A stretch of DNA of 64,000 bases, taken from NCBI GenBank assembly GCA_963817895.1, contig CAWFQB010000005.1, positions 256,001 to 320,000 of the forward strand, written 5' to 3'. Under the pieces are notes generated by a model, which did not search any database, had not been told where the DNA came from, and saw nothing but the letters and a program-made list of their open reading frames with translations. The first letter of the stretch is position 1. Every line of letters begins with the position of its first letter. Of this stretch, positions 40,556 to 51,070 are shown piece after piece. The translations under genes and the position numbers were made by a program. The DNA is from an uncultured Chthonomonadaceae bacterium (GTDB taxonomy: Bacteria > Armatimonadota > Chthonomonadetes > Chthonomonadales > Chthonomonadaceae).

Positions 40556-41488
40556 TTACCTCGGCACGGGTATTTTCTCCAAGCCTTCTTCAATGATATG
40601 GGAGGATTGGACGCCGCCGTAACGGGCTTTGGTGTCGAGCATCAGGCGGTGGGCGAGGACGGGAACGGCGAGGGCGCGAACGTCTTCGGGCAGAACGTAA
40701 TCGCGGCCTTCGAGCAGGGCGCGGGCTTGACTCGTCCGGTACAGGGCGAGCGAACCGCGTGGGCTTGCGCTCAGGCGCAGGCGGGGATCGGTTCGCGTCG
40801 CTTCCACAAGGCGCAACAGGTACTCCGCCACGCTGCGCTCGACCCGCACCCGCTTCACCTCCTGCTGCGCCTGAAGGATTTCCTGACAGGTGACAATGGG
40901 AACCAGCCGGTCGAACGGATCGGTTTCGTTGTGGCTGAACAGGATTTCCAGTTCGTCCATAAACGCGGGATAACCCAATGTAACGCGAACGGCAAACCGA
41001 TCCAACTGCGCTTCGGGCAGGGGGTACGTGCCGTGAAAGTCGGTCGGGTTCTGCGTGGCAATCACGAAAAACGGTTGGGGCAAATCGCGCCGCCGCCCCT
41101 CAATCGTAATCTGGTTTTCGCTCATCACTTCCAGAAGGGCCGATTGGGTGCGCGGGCTGGTGCGGTTGATCTCATCGGCCAGCAGCACATTGGCGAATAC
41201 CGGCCCCTCTCGAAACTCGAACACGCCCTCTTTCGGACTGTAAAAACTGCTGCCCGTAATGTCGGCGGGCAACAAATCGGGCGTAAACTGAACGCGCCGA
41301 AATATGCCGTCAATGGAACGCGCCAGCGATTTGGCGAGCGTGGTTTTGCCGGTTCCCGGCACGTCTTCAAGCAGCACATGCCCGCCCGCGAGCAGGGAAA
41401 TCAGCGTCAGGCGGATGCTGTCGGGTTTGCCGCGTATCACGCTTTCAAGATTGTTTTGAATGTTCTGGATGGGTTCGGAAAGCAGCAA
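40556..41488 (-). CDS. moxR: MoxR-family AAA ATPase
   Basis: EDVPGTGKT; QFTPDLLPADITG; LADEINR; YPLPEAQLDRF. Confidence 0.95.
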   Translation of the reverse strand: MLLSEPIQNIQNNLESVIRGKPDSIRLTLISLLAGGHVLLEDVPGTGKTTLAKSLARSIDGIFRRVQFTPDLLPADITGSSFYSPKEGVFEFREGPVFANVLLADEINRTSPRTQSALLEVMSENQITIEGRRRDLPQPFFVIATQNPTDFHGTYPLPEAQLDRFAVRVTLGYPAFMDELEILFSHNETDPFDRLVPIVTCQEILQAQQEVKRVRVERSVAEYLLRLVEATRTDPRLRLSASPRGSLALYRTSQARALLEGRDYVLPEDVRALAVPVLAHRLMLDTKARYGGVQSSHIIEEGLEKIPVPR

Positions 41489-41548
41489 GTATCACCTTTT
41501 CAACAACGGACGATAAATAAAGCCAAACGGTGGATGAAGCAAACAGGT

Positions 41549-41803
41549 CTACATATCTATCCAGTAGCCCAATCCGGCCTGCCGGATAGCGTCCTCGCGT
41601 ATTTTGTAGGCCAGGTTCGGTTCCACGCGCTTTTTCTCCAGTATCTCCACCGCCTCGGCTTCAAACAGTTCGGTGTCGCAGGCGGGGTCGGCCAGCATCT
41701 CGTCGTACTCCTCCTGCGTCAGATGATAAAACACGCCCGCGCCGGATTGGGCGCTCCGCCCTCCGCCAACCGCCGCTTTCCCCGATTCTCTGATTTTTTT
41801 CAT
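41549..41803 (-). CDS. small hypothetical protein
   Basis: ATG 41803 after AAGGAG; co-directional within the operon. Confidence 0.5.
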   Translation of the reverse strand: MKKIRESGKAAVGGGRSAQSGAGVFYHLTQEEYDEMLADPACDTELFEAEAVEILEKKRVEPNLAYKIREDAIRQAGLGYWIDM

Positions 41804-42003
41804 TGTCCCATTCTCCTTCTTTGTTCTGAGATTGCCCCCCGCGTCTCCGCCTGTCCCCAACCCCTTCCCCCAGGTTGCGTATTTCAAAGCGAAGCAGAAA
41901 TACGCAACCTGGGGGAAGGGGGAGCTACTTGTTTTATCCGGTAAGGCGAACGTAGTTCACAGGGGTTGTTCGGAGTTAATATCCAATATCTCGTATCTCG
42001 TAT

Positions 42004-44142
42004 CTACTCTTCCCTTTTCCCTTTTCCCTTTTCCCTCACCCCCTGCTCCAACCGGCTTAACTGCGCGTTGAGGCTTGCGAGGGCCGGCACATCGGGAAGG
42101 GGGCCGAAGCGGGAAGCGTTGTAGGCGCGAATGAAAGCGGCCAGGGCTTCCGCATCCAATCCGGCGACCTGCGCGGCGGCCTGCCCGGATGCGCCGGTTA
42201 CATATTCCAGCCAGGTGAATTCAGGCGGGCAGACCAACCCGACATTATGGCACAAACGCTCGAAACGCGCCGCCATTCGCGCCAGTTCCTGAGCGGGGGC
42301 GGCATACGCGAACTCCGTCATGCGAGTGGGACGGACGCGCCGCCGTTGCCGCTGCCATTGCCATGCGAGAACCAGAAACGCGATTACGCCTGCCACAATC
42401 CCGGCGCGTACTGCCTGCGGCCCCTTCAGCCAGTCCAGCAATCGCCCCCACGTATCCGAAAACCATTCCCGCAGCCGCGTCCAGGGCGGAATTGGGTACT
42501 CGTCTTCCAGTTTGTCGGGGCGGCCATTGCCGGGTGTGGCGTCTACGGTCAGCCAGCCCTGTCCGTCAATCCAACACTCGGCCCAGGCATGGGCGTCCCG
42601 CTGCCGAATGATGGTCGCGCCCCTGCCATCGCCCTCGTGCGCGTAGTATCCGATAACGTAGCGCGTGGGAACATTCACGCAACGCAGCAGGATAGTGGCC
42701 GAAGACGCGAAGTATTCGCAGTGCGCCGCGCCCTTATGCAGCAGAAACTCTGAAACAGGGTCCGCCTGTCGGGGCAAATGGTACGTCAGGCTGTATTTAT
42801 GGTTCAGTATCAGATAGCGCTCGACGGCATCGGCGCGGGCGCGCGGGTCGGCGATATTCCCGGCGATTTCACGCGCCAGTTGACGCACGCCCGGCTCGAT
42901 ACTATCCGAAACTGTCAACAGTTTTTGGCGGTACGCGGCATCCGGGGGCGCGGCAAACGGCCCCTGATACAGTTCTTCCGAACCAATGTCCAGACCGTAG
43001 GATGTCAGGCCGCGCTTGTCGGTTTGCAGCGGCCCACCTTCGCCCGGCCTCCATGTCACGCTTTCCGTGTCCAACGGTTCGAAAGAATGGGTCGAAAGCG
43101 GTTCGCACAACAGGCCGAGATTGAAGGCCAGCCGCTCGACAACTACATGCGCGGGCGCGGAAACCCCGCTATTCCTGCCGGACGCGCTCATTTGCGCTGC
43201 CGGCAGAGCCGTAGCGTCTACGGGCGTTCGCGAGGCGAGAGATGGCTCCCACGCGCCAAGTTTGTACTCGGAAAACGCCATCGCGCGCCAGTGCGTGGGA
43301 GCATCCCCGCCTGTAATGCGCAATACCCGTTCGGGCGTCCCCTTCAGATCATCGGTGTTGCCCAAACGCGGCGTCGTGGATAATCCAACCCGCGGTGACG
43401 ACATGCGCTCGTTCAGAAAACGTATTCCCCATGCGGTCAAACCTACCCGGTAGTAGCGAAACGTATAATGCAGCCCCGTGCCGAGGGCCAGCGCGGTTCC
43501 CATCGCCACGCCGAACACGATTTGCCGCGTCAGAGAAACATCTGTTTTTCCGGCGCGAACAGGGGGCGCTTCCACAATGCCGATGCCGAACAGCGTGGTT
43601 TCGGGAGGGACGGGCAGGCGATACTGGCGGATGGACAGCACAATCAGCAGCATGTACAGGGGCGCGCAAAACGCGATATAGGGCAGATGCGCCGCGTCTT
43701 CCGTAATGTCGCAGGCGATAAGAAACACCAGCCCGGACAGCAGAATCACCACCACGCCGCTGCCGCCCCCCTCCGGTCGCTGCTTCCACAATTGCAATAC
43801 GAGTTCCGCCGCCAGCAGTTCCCCCGCCCAGTTGAACCGGAAATCGAAAAAGGTGTTTGCCAGATTGTCAGGGCGCATCGCGTCCAGAGTGAGAATCACG
43901 CCAAAGATGACAAGGCGCAGCATCCACAACGCGCTGTTGTTTGTCAGGCGGGCGGAAGAACGCTGCGAGGCCAGCAGTCCGACAAGCAGAAGCGGCACCA
44001 CAAAAGACTGCCCCTCGCTGATCCACAGCGTAACAAACGCAAGCAGTGTCGCCGCCAGCGCCGTCCAGTGCAGGCGGAGAAGAGGTTGGTGGTTGGTGGC
44101 TGGTAGTTGGTGACGGGTGGTTGGTGATTGGTGGCTGGTCAC
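42004..44142 (-). CDS. membrane protein with a transglutaminase-like domain (TgpA-like)
   Basis: Multiple N-terminal transmembrane helices; HCEYFAS; DAHAWAECW; WLTVDATP. GTG start after GAAGGAG. Confidence 0.88.
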   Translation of the reverse strand: MTSHQSPTTRHQLPATNHQPLLRLHWTALAATLLAFVTLWISEGQSFVVPLLLVGLLASQRSSARLTNNSALWMLRLVIFGVILTLDAMRPDNLANTFFDFRFNWAGELLAAELVLQLWKQRPEGGGSGVVVILLSGLVFLIACDITEDAAHLPYIAFCAPLYMLLIVLSIRQYRLPVPPETTLFGIGIVEAPPVRAGKTDVSLTRQIVFGVAMGTALALGTGLHYTFRYYRVGLTAWGIRFLNERMSSPRVGLSTTPRLGNTDDLKGTPERVLRITGGDAPTHWRAMAFSEYKLGAWEPSLASRTPVDATALPAAQMSASGRNSGVSAPAHVVVERLAFNLGLLCEPLSTHSFEPLDTESVTWRPGEGGPLQTDKRGLTSYGLDIGSEELYQGPFAAPPDAAYRQKLLTVSDSIEPGVRQLAREIAGNIADPRARADAVERYLILNHKYSLTYHLPRQADPVSEFLLHKGAAHCEYFASSATILLRCVNVPTRYVIGYYAHEGDGRGATIIRQRDAHAWAECWIDGQGWLTVDATPGNGRPDKLEDEYPIPPWTRLREWFSDTWGRLLDWLKGPQAVRAGIVAGVIAFLVLAWQWQRQRRRVRPTRMTEFAYAAPAQELARMAARFERLCHNVGLVCPPEFTWLEYVTGASGQAAAQVAGLDAEALAAFIRAYNASRFGPLPDVPALASLNAQLSRLEQGVREKGKGKREE

Positions 44143-44177
44143 TGTCTCCTCTTCTCCTCTTCTCCTTTTCTCCTTGT

Positions 44178-45563
44178 CTAAATTTCTTCCACGCCGGACA
44201 GAAAATCGCTTTTGGACAGGACCCGGATGCCGCCGGGAAGGGCGTCGGCGTCCGGGGCGAGCGTACAGGCCGTGTCGCGGACAACCAGAACGCGAACCGC
44301 AGTTCCCTCGCGCCTTAAACGGTCTACGAACGCGCGGCGGGTTTCGTCCCAATCCAGAAACAGGCAGACAATCGTGGTGATTTGCGCGAGATTGGCGGCG
44401 ATTTCTGGTTCCAGCGTGGCGAACGGCTCGTCGGGGCTGCCCTCCACGCAGGCGAGAATATCCAGAATCTGATCCAGATACGCGAGACTGCGTCCGGCTG
44501 TGAGATGGTACAGGTTCGGTCCGGCGGCGAACAGGTCTACGATGTAATCGGAACGCGCCATGAAATCGCTGACCGCTGCGGCCAGGCTGACGGCTCGCTC
44601 GAAGTTCTCCTCCTGCGCCAGCAACGCCTTCACGCTCAACAGTTTGCCATTGATGCGGTCGGGCGTATACGTGTCCATGACCACGCCCACGCGCAGGAAA
44701 TACTCTTCGCGGTATTCGCGCACAATGGGCAGGTTCAGCCGCGCGGTCGCCCGCCAGTCAATGTCGCGCACGTTGTCGCCCTCACGGTATTCGCGGTTGC
44801 CCAGATACTCGAACGACTTGCCCAGACTGGACGCGAGCGCGACGCCGCCGGGCTGATAGCGCAGGCTGGTGGGGATTTGCAGGCGCGTCAGGGGCGTAAA
44901 GGCGGGATACACAAGCGCGTCATGGCGCTGCGCATACGTTCGGAAGGCGCGTATCAGGCCGAACGGAAAGTCGCACTCCACCCGAAAGCCGCGCCACGTA
45001 TACAGGCCGCGCCGGTCACAGCGGATGCCGATACGAACCCGCGTTTTCTGGCCCCGCGCAAGAGGCGGCAGGCGCAGTCCGTCTTCGGGAACCGAATCAA
45101 GGGCGCGGGGCAGGCAGTGCGGAATCAGGGTCATAGTCGCGCCAAGCAGGTTGCGATGCTGGCGGATTTCCACGTCAACGGGCAGCGTTTCGCCCGCCCG
45201 GATGCGCTCGGCATGGTGGGCAACAAGAGCCACGCGGGGCTTGAACAGCAGGGCGCAAACCAGAGCCGCGAACCACACGCCGAAAGCATAGGTGAACGGC
45301 ACGTAGATTTGCAGGTCGAGGGAGTTGGAGCCAATGGTCATGCACACGAGGGAAAGCGTGAGGAACCAGCGACTGGCCTGCGTGAAGCGATACGTGAAGA
45401 AGCGCCACGCCCACCGCGAGATAGCGCCGCGAAACAGGGGATGCGTGGAAATGTCTTTGGCGCGCGAAGCGGACGGCCACCCCGCCGCCAGTATCTGCTG
45501 GTTGGTGAGCGGGCGGCGGCGAACGGGCCGGGGAATGGCGGTTGTGACGGGCGGCAGGGACAT
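44178..45563 (-). CDS. DUF58 domain protein
   Basis: FPFGL; EYLGNREYREGDNVRDIDWRATAR; VREYREE. Confidence 0.9.
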   Translation of the reverse strand: MSLPPVTTAIPRPVRRRPLTNQQILAAGWPSASRAKDISTHPLFRGAISRWAWRFFTYRFTQASRWFLTLSLVCMTIGSNSLDLQIYVPFTYAFGVWFAALVCALLFKPRVALVAHHAERIRAGETLPVDVEIRQHRNLLGATMTLIPHCLPRALDSVPEDGLRLPPLARGQKTRVRIGIRCDRRGLYTWRGFRVECDFPFGLIRAFRTYAQRHDALVYPAFTPLTRLQIPTSLRYQPGGVALASSLGKSFEYLGNREYREGDNVRDIDWRATARLNLPIVREYREEYFLRVGVVMDTYTPDRINGKLLSVKALLAQEENFERAVSLAAAVSDFMARSDYIVDLFAAGPNLYHLTAGRSLAYLDQILDILACVEGSPDEPFATLEPEIAANLAQITTIVCLFLDWDETRRAFVDRLRREGTAVRVLVVRDTACTLAPDADALPGGIRVLSKSDFLSGVEEI

Positions 45564-45921
45564 GGATAAGTTGGAAAGCGCGCGCCGCGAATCGGGCGCG
45601 GCGTTCCTCACAGGCAGAACGGCAGCCAATTCGGTTGCGGTGCAGATGTCGCGAACAGCGCGTCCTTTGCCTCCCCAGTTCAGGCAAATGTAACACCTGT
45701 GTTGACGGAAAAGGTTCTAACACCACATACGCGCTGCACCGCGAAAACGTTGCTTGCTACGCCGAGAGTTCCTATCTGGTGGTTATTGACGTTGCCTGAA
45801 CAGTGTTCAAAGGAGGAATTCCGGTTTCTGCGGTGAATTGATAGTGCGAAACTGTGCGCAGTTTCGCTGGTCGCATTCTGCTGTGGCCTCGGCGACACCA
45901 AGCAAAGGAATGAACCTGACC

Positions 45922-48900
45922 ATGCCCAAAATTTTCGATAACATTGACCTTCCCCTGCTGCCTGCCCTGCAAGACACCCTCGCCGTTTCTGAGCGCGCCG
46001 ATTTTTGCGTGGGCTATTTTAACCTGCGCGGCTGGAAGCGGCTGGACGGCTATCGTGGAAGAGTGGGCGGGTGGGGAGGGGCATTGCTGCCGCCTGCTGG
46101 TGGGGATGCAGCGCGCTCCCGACGACGAATTGAAAGCGGCTGATGTCCATCGATGGAAGCCGATGGCGACATGGACAACCAGACCGCCATTCGGATGAAA
46201 CGGAAGCTGGCCGAAGATTTCAGAACGCAGTTGACGGTCGGCGTTCCTACCAATGAAGATGAAGCGGGGCTAAGGCGGCTGGCGGCGCAGATCAAGGCGA
46301 AAAAGGTCGTGGTCAAGCTGTATCTGCGCCATACGCTTCATGCCAAACTCTACCTGATGCACCGCCCTGCGGATCCCGTCAACCCTATCATTGGCTACCT
46401 GGGCAGCAGCAACCTGACGCTTTCCGGCTTGCAGCATCAGGGCGAATTGAATGTGGACGTGCTGGACCACGACGCCGCGCACAAAACTGGCGAAATGGTT
46501 TGGGGAGCGTTGGGAAGACCGCTGGTGTCTGGACATTTCCAATGAACTGGTGCAGGTGATTGAGGAATCGTGGGCGCGGGAAATTCCCATTCCCCCTACC
46601 ATATCTACGTGAAAATGGCTTACCATCTGTCGCAGGAGGCGCGGGCGGGGCTGGCGGAGTTTTCCATTCCCAAAATCTTCGGCAACAAACTTTTCGATTA
46701 CCAGGCGGCGGCGGTGAAGATCGCCGCCCGGCATTTGAACAAGCGGGGCGGCGTCCTGATCGGCGATGTGGTGGGATTGGGCAAAACGCTGATGGCGACC
46801 GCGCTCGCCCGGATGATGGAAGAGCAGGGCATGGAAACGCTGATCCTCTGCCCCAAAAACCTGGTGGCGATGTGGGAGGACTACCGCACGAAGTATCGAC
46901 TGCGGCGCTCAAAGTGCTGTCGGTAACGCAGGCGGTCAAAGCGGCTGCCCGCCGACTGCGCCAAGCCCCTGCCGTCGTTATCGCCTTGTCTTGATTGACG
47001 AAAGCCATAACCTGCGCAACCGGGAAGGCAAGACGTACCGGGCGATTCGGGAGTACATCGAGCGCAACGAAAGCAAAGTGATTCTGCTGACGGCCACGCC
47101 GTACAATAAAACCTATCTCGATCTGTCCAACCAACTGCGCCTGTTCGTGCCGGAAGAGCGCGACCTGGGCATCCGCCCGGAAGCCCTGCTGCGGCAAATG
47201 GGCGAAGTGGAGTTCGTCACGGCGGCATCAGGCGGGCATCCGGACACTGGCCGCCTTCGAGAAGAGCGACTATCCCGACGATTGGCGCGAGCTGATGCGG
47301 CTGTACATGGTGCGCCGAACCCGCTCGTTTATCATGGACAATTACGCCCGAACGGATCTGGCGACACAGCGCAAGTACCTGCTGTTCGACAATGGCGAAC
47401 GCTCTTATTTCCCCGACCGCGCGCCCCGAACCGTGCAAGTTCGCCCTGGACGCGCAATACGAGGCGTTGTACGCGCAGGAGGTTGTGGATACCATCAACG
47501 GCCTGTGCCTGCCCCGCTATGGATTGGGCAATTACGACAACATTCCAAGCCGGACAAGCCGCCCACAGCCGGCGGAGACGGCCGCGCTGAAAGATCTGTC
47601 GCGGGCGGGCAAGCGGTTGATGGGGTTTTGCCGCACCAACCTGTTCAAGCGGCTGGAATCGAGCGGGTACGCCTTTCTGCTGTCCGTCGAGCGGCATATT
47701 CTGCGCAACTATATTTTCCTGCATGCCATCGAGAACAACCTGCCGCTGCCCATCGGGACGCAGGGGGCCGACCTGCTGGATACGGACATGAGCGACGACG
47801 ACGCGGAGGACACGGCGACGGGCGAAGGGATGTTTGCCTCAGAAGAGGACGACGAGGCGGCGGAGACAGGCGACGGAAATTAAAACGCAGGCATTGCGGA
47901 CCGAATGAGGATTTCCGCAAGCGAGCGGCGCAGGTGTATGCGCTGTATGCGGGGGCCGTACAAAAAACGGTTCAAGTGGCTGTCCTCGCGCCTGTTCCAA
48001 AAACAACTGGCGGACGATCTGCAAGTCGGACGGCGCCGCGCTGATACAGATTTTGGGCAAATGCGCGCAGTGGGACGCCAACCAGGACGCTAAAATGCTG
48101 GCGCTGCGGCAACTGCTCGCCAAAGATCGGCCCAACGACAAAGTGCTGGTGTTCACGCAGTTTGCGGACACGGCGCAGTATCTGTACAAAGAGATGGCAA
48201 GCGCGGGGAATTCGAGCATGTTGCCGTGGCAACGGGCGGAAGCGCGGACCCCACGGAACTGGCGTGGCGGTTCAGCCCGCGCAGCAACGGCAAAATGGCG
48301 GGAAGCGAAGGCGGCGGGGGAACTGCGCGTCTTGATCGCCACCGATGTTCTGTCGGAAGGCCAGAACTTGCAGGATGCGTTTGTGGTCGTCAATTACGAT
48401 CTGCCCTGGGCGATCATCCGCCTGATACAGCGCGCGGGCCGCGTGGATCGTATCGGGCAGAAGGCGGAAGAGATTTTGTGCTACTCGTTCCTGCCGGCAA
48501 AGGGCGTGGAAAAGATCATCAAACTGCGCAGCCGCGTTCGGCAGCGGCTGGCCGAAAACGCCGAAGTGGTCGGCACGGACGAGGCGTTTTTTGAGGACGA
48601 CAAAAGGGGGCGCAAAATCCTCGATCTGTACCATGAAAAGGCGGGCGTTCTGGACGGGGATGAGGACGGCGAAGTGGATCTGGCGTCGAAAGCGTTCCAG
48701 ATCTGGAAGAACGCGATCGAAGCCGATCCCGGCCTGCAAAAGACGATCACGGGGATGCCGCGATGTGGTGTATTCCGCCAAAGCGCACACGCCAACACTG
48801 CGGACAGCCGGAAGGCGCGCTGGTGTTTCTGCGGACGGGCGAAGGGAACGACGCGCTGGCGTGGATTGACAAGGAACGGCGAGAGCGTCACCGAGTCGCA

Positions 48901-49340
48901 GTACGCGATTTTGCGGGCCGCCGAGTGCGTCGCCCGATACGCCTGCCGTGCCGCGCCTGAAAACGCACCATGAACTGGTGGCGAAGGGCGTGGAGCATAT
49001 CGTGCGCGAGGAGCGTAATGTGGGCGGGCAGCTGGGCCGTCCGTCCGGGGCGCGTTTCAAGACCTATGAGCGCCTGAAACGTTATGCGTACGCAGGTACG
49101 CGGACGGCCTGTTCGACTACGCCGGAACTGCACCGGGCCATCGAGGAGATTTACAAGTACCCCCTGACCCAAACGGCCACGGACCGCATCAACAGCCATC
49201 TGCGCACCGATGTGACCGACGACATGCTGGCGCAACTGGTCATTCTGCTGCGGGACGAAAACCGGCTGTGCGTGATCACGGAAGAGCAAAGAGCGGAAGA
49301 GCCGCGCATCATCTGTTCCCTCGGATTGGTAAATCAATAG
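45922..49340 (+). pseudogene. PLD-nuclease/SNF2-like helicase fusion; many frameshifts (real decay or sequence errors)
   Basis: Fragments in successive frames: [23 protein letters not shown] (PLD), DVVGLGKT, IDESHN, LLTATP, VFTQFADT, SEGQNLQ, QRAGRVDRIG. Confidence 0.85.
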
Positions 49341-49356
49341 ATGGGATTTCGCGTAC

Positions 49357-49854
49357 ATGGATTTAGCGCAACAAAAAGAAAAGTTCAGTGATGCCTATCT
49401 ACAGGCTGTTGCCGCCGTTGCAGGCTACGGCCTTGCCAAGCCTAATCCCGATACAGACAGCGTGGATTGGGTTATTTCGGCGAGGGGAGTGGGTGACACG
49501 CTTCGCCGTCCGCGTTTGGAAGTGCAGTTAAAATGCACCGCTCAGAATATTGTTCGGGAAACTCATCTTCATTTTCCACTGGAAATCAAGAACTACAACG
49601 ATCTGCGACATCCGAACCCGCTCACGCCCTGTATTTTGATTGTAGTGACAGTTCCCGACAACATTGAAGAATGGATTGCTCACTCCGAGGCGGAACTTTC
49701 TCTACGGCGTTGCGGCTATTGGGTATCCTTATGCGGCGAAGCGGAAGTTTCCAACAACTCGAAAGTGACTGTTCGCGTGCCGCGTATCCAGATGTTCACG
49801 CCGCAGGCATTGCAAGCCATGATGCGGCGTATCAACAGCGAGGGAAGATTATGA
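49357..49854 (+). CDS. DUF4365-like PD-(D/E)xK nuclease-fold protein
   Basis: QQKEKFS.AY; PDTDSVD; LEVQLKCT; YNDLR; YWVSL. Confidence 0.8.
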   Translation: MDLAQQKEKFSDAYLQAVAAVAGYGLAKPNPDTDSVDWVISARGVGDTLRRPRLEVQLKCTAQNIVRETHLHFPLEIKNYNDLRHPNPLTPCILIVVTVPDNIEEWIAHSEAELSLRRCGYWVSLCGEAEVSNNSKVTVRVPRIQMFTPQALQAMMRRINSEGRL

Positions 49855-51041
49855 TCGCTTCCATAAATGACGCAGCAACCCTGCGTGAAATCAGACCGAA
49901 CGAAATGGCTGCTTACCTACACAGTCATGCCTGGAAACAGGTGGAACAGATTGGCGACCGCGCTACTGTCTGGACGGCAAGCGCGAATGGGAGCGGCGAT
50001 TATGAAATTTTGCTTCCCTCGGATGTCACGTTGAACGAGTACGCCCGCCGCATGTCCGAAGCCCTGCATACGCTGGAAGTCGCCGAACACCGTTCCCAAC
50101 TTAACATTGCGCGCGATATTGCGGCAATCACATCGGACGTGCTGCGCGTTCGGCTGGCACATGGGCTGATAGAAAATGGCACATTGCCTCTGGAACTTGG
50201 CGTTGCGATGGTGGAAGGGGCGCGCGATCTGGCGCTGGCTGCGGCCTGCGCTGCGGCGCGTCCACGCGCTTTGTACACGGCGCGCAAACCTCAGGAAGCA
50301 ATCAACTATATGGACGGCCTGCGCATGGCGCAAACGGAGGAGGGCAGCTTCGTTCTTAACATCCAATCGCGCGTTCCCCCGCGCTTGCAGACCCATTTGT
50401 TCGAGGACGCGCCCGCGCTGTGGGAAGAACCTTTTGAGCGGCGCGCGTTGTTGACGCTGACCGGCGCGCTCACGGCAGTACGTCGGGCTGTCACTGCTGC
50501 CGCGTCGTCAGGGGATTTTCAGCCGTTTCAGGATGCCGTTCGTTCCGGCGTGAGCGCCAATTTATGTGACGCGCTGGTAGGGTTGAGCATGGACAATACG
50601 GCAGAAGAGGTGTCCCTGAAAATCAGTTGGTCGCCGACGCGAACGGTGGCGGACAAGACGCCGACGGAGTTTCAGTTCCGGCGCGATACATTCCCCCTGT
50701 TGCGCGAAGCATCGCGTATGCTTCGCGAGTCGGCTCCCATGGAAGATATGTCCATTCTCGGCACTGTAACTGCCCTGCGTCGCGAAGACAATGCAGACAC
50801 GGGAAAGATCACGCTTTCGGCATGGGTAGAGAATTCATGGCGGCAAGTTCGCATGGATTTATCTGATGACGATTATCGCAAGGCCCTGCAAGCGCATGAT
50901 GAACGCGATTTTGTGCAGTGCGTAGGTGAGCTGACAAAGGAGAACCGCAGGTACTTTTTGCGCAATGTGCGTGATTTTACCCTGATGAAATACTTTGCGG
51001 GCGAGGATATAGACGAAGCTGATCCGTTTGCCGATGAATAA
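49851..51041 (+). CDS. hypothetical protein (396 aa), translationally coupled to the DUF4365 gene
   Basis: ATGA overlap; intact ORF; motifs QTEEGSFV and GVSANLCDAL. Confidence 0.8.
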   Translation: MIASINDAATLREIRPNEMAAYLHSHAWKQVEQIGDRATVWTASANGSGDYEILLPSDVTLNEYARRMSEALHTLEVAEHRSQLNIARDIAAITSDVLRVRLAHGLIENGTLPLELGVAMVEGARDLALAAACAAARPRALYTARKPQEAINYMDGLRMAQTEEGSFVLNIQSRVPPRLQTHLFEDAPALWEEPFERRALLTLTGALTAVRRAVTAAASSGDFQPFQDAVRSGVSANLCDALVGLSMDNTAEEVSLKISWSPTRTVADKTPTEFQFRRDTFPLLREASRMLRESAPMEDMSILGTVTALRREDNADTGKITLSAWVENSWRQVRMDLSDDDYRKALQAHDERDFVQCVGELTKENRRYFLRNVRDFTLMKYFAGEDIDEADPFADE

Positions 51042-51070
51042 ATTTTATCCGAGTTGAGGGCTAATTGAGC

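Noticed and set aside
45689..45717. TGTAACA upstream of the helicase as a third sigma promoter
   Set aside because: There is no GGGAATA box at the 15-nt spacing; the sequence there is AAGGTTC.
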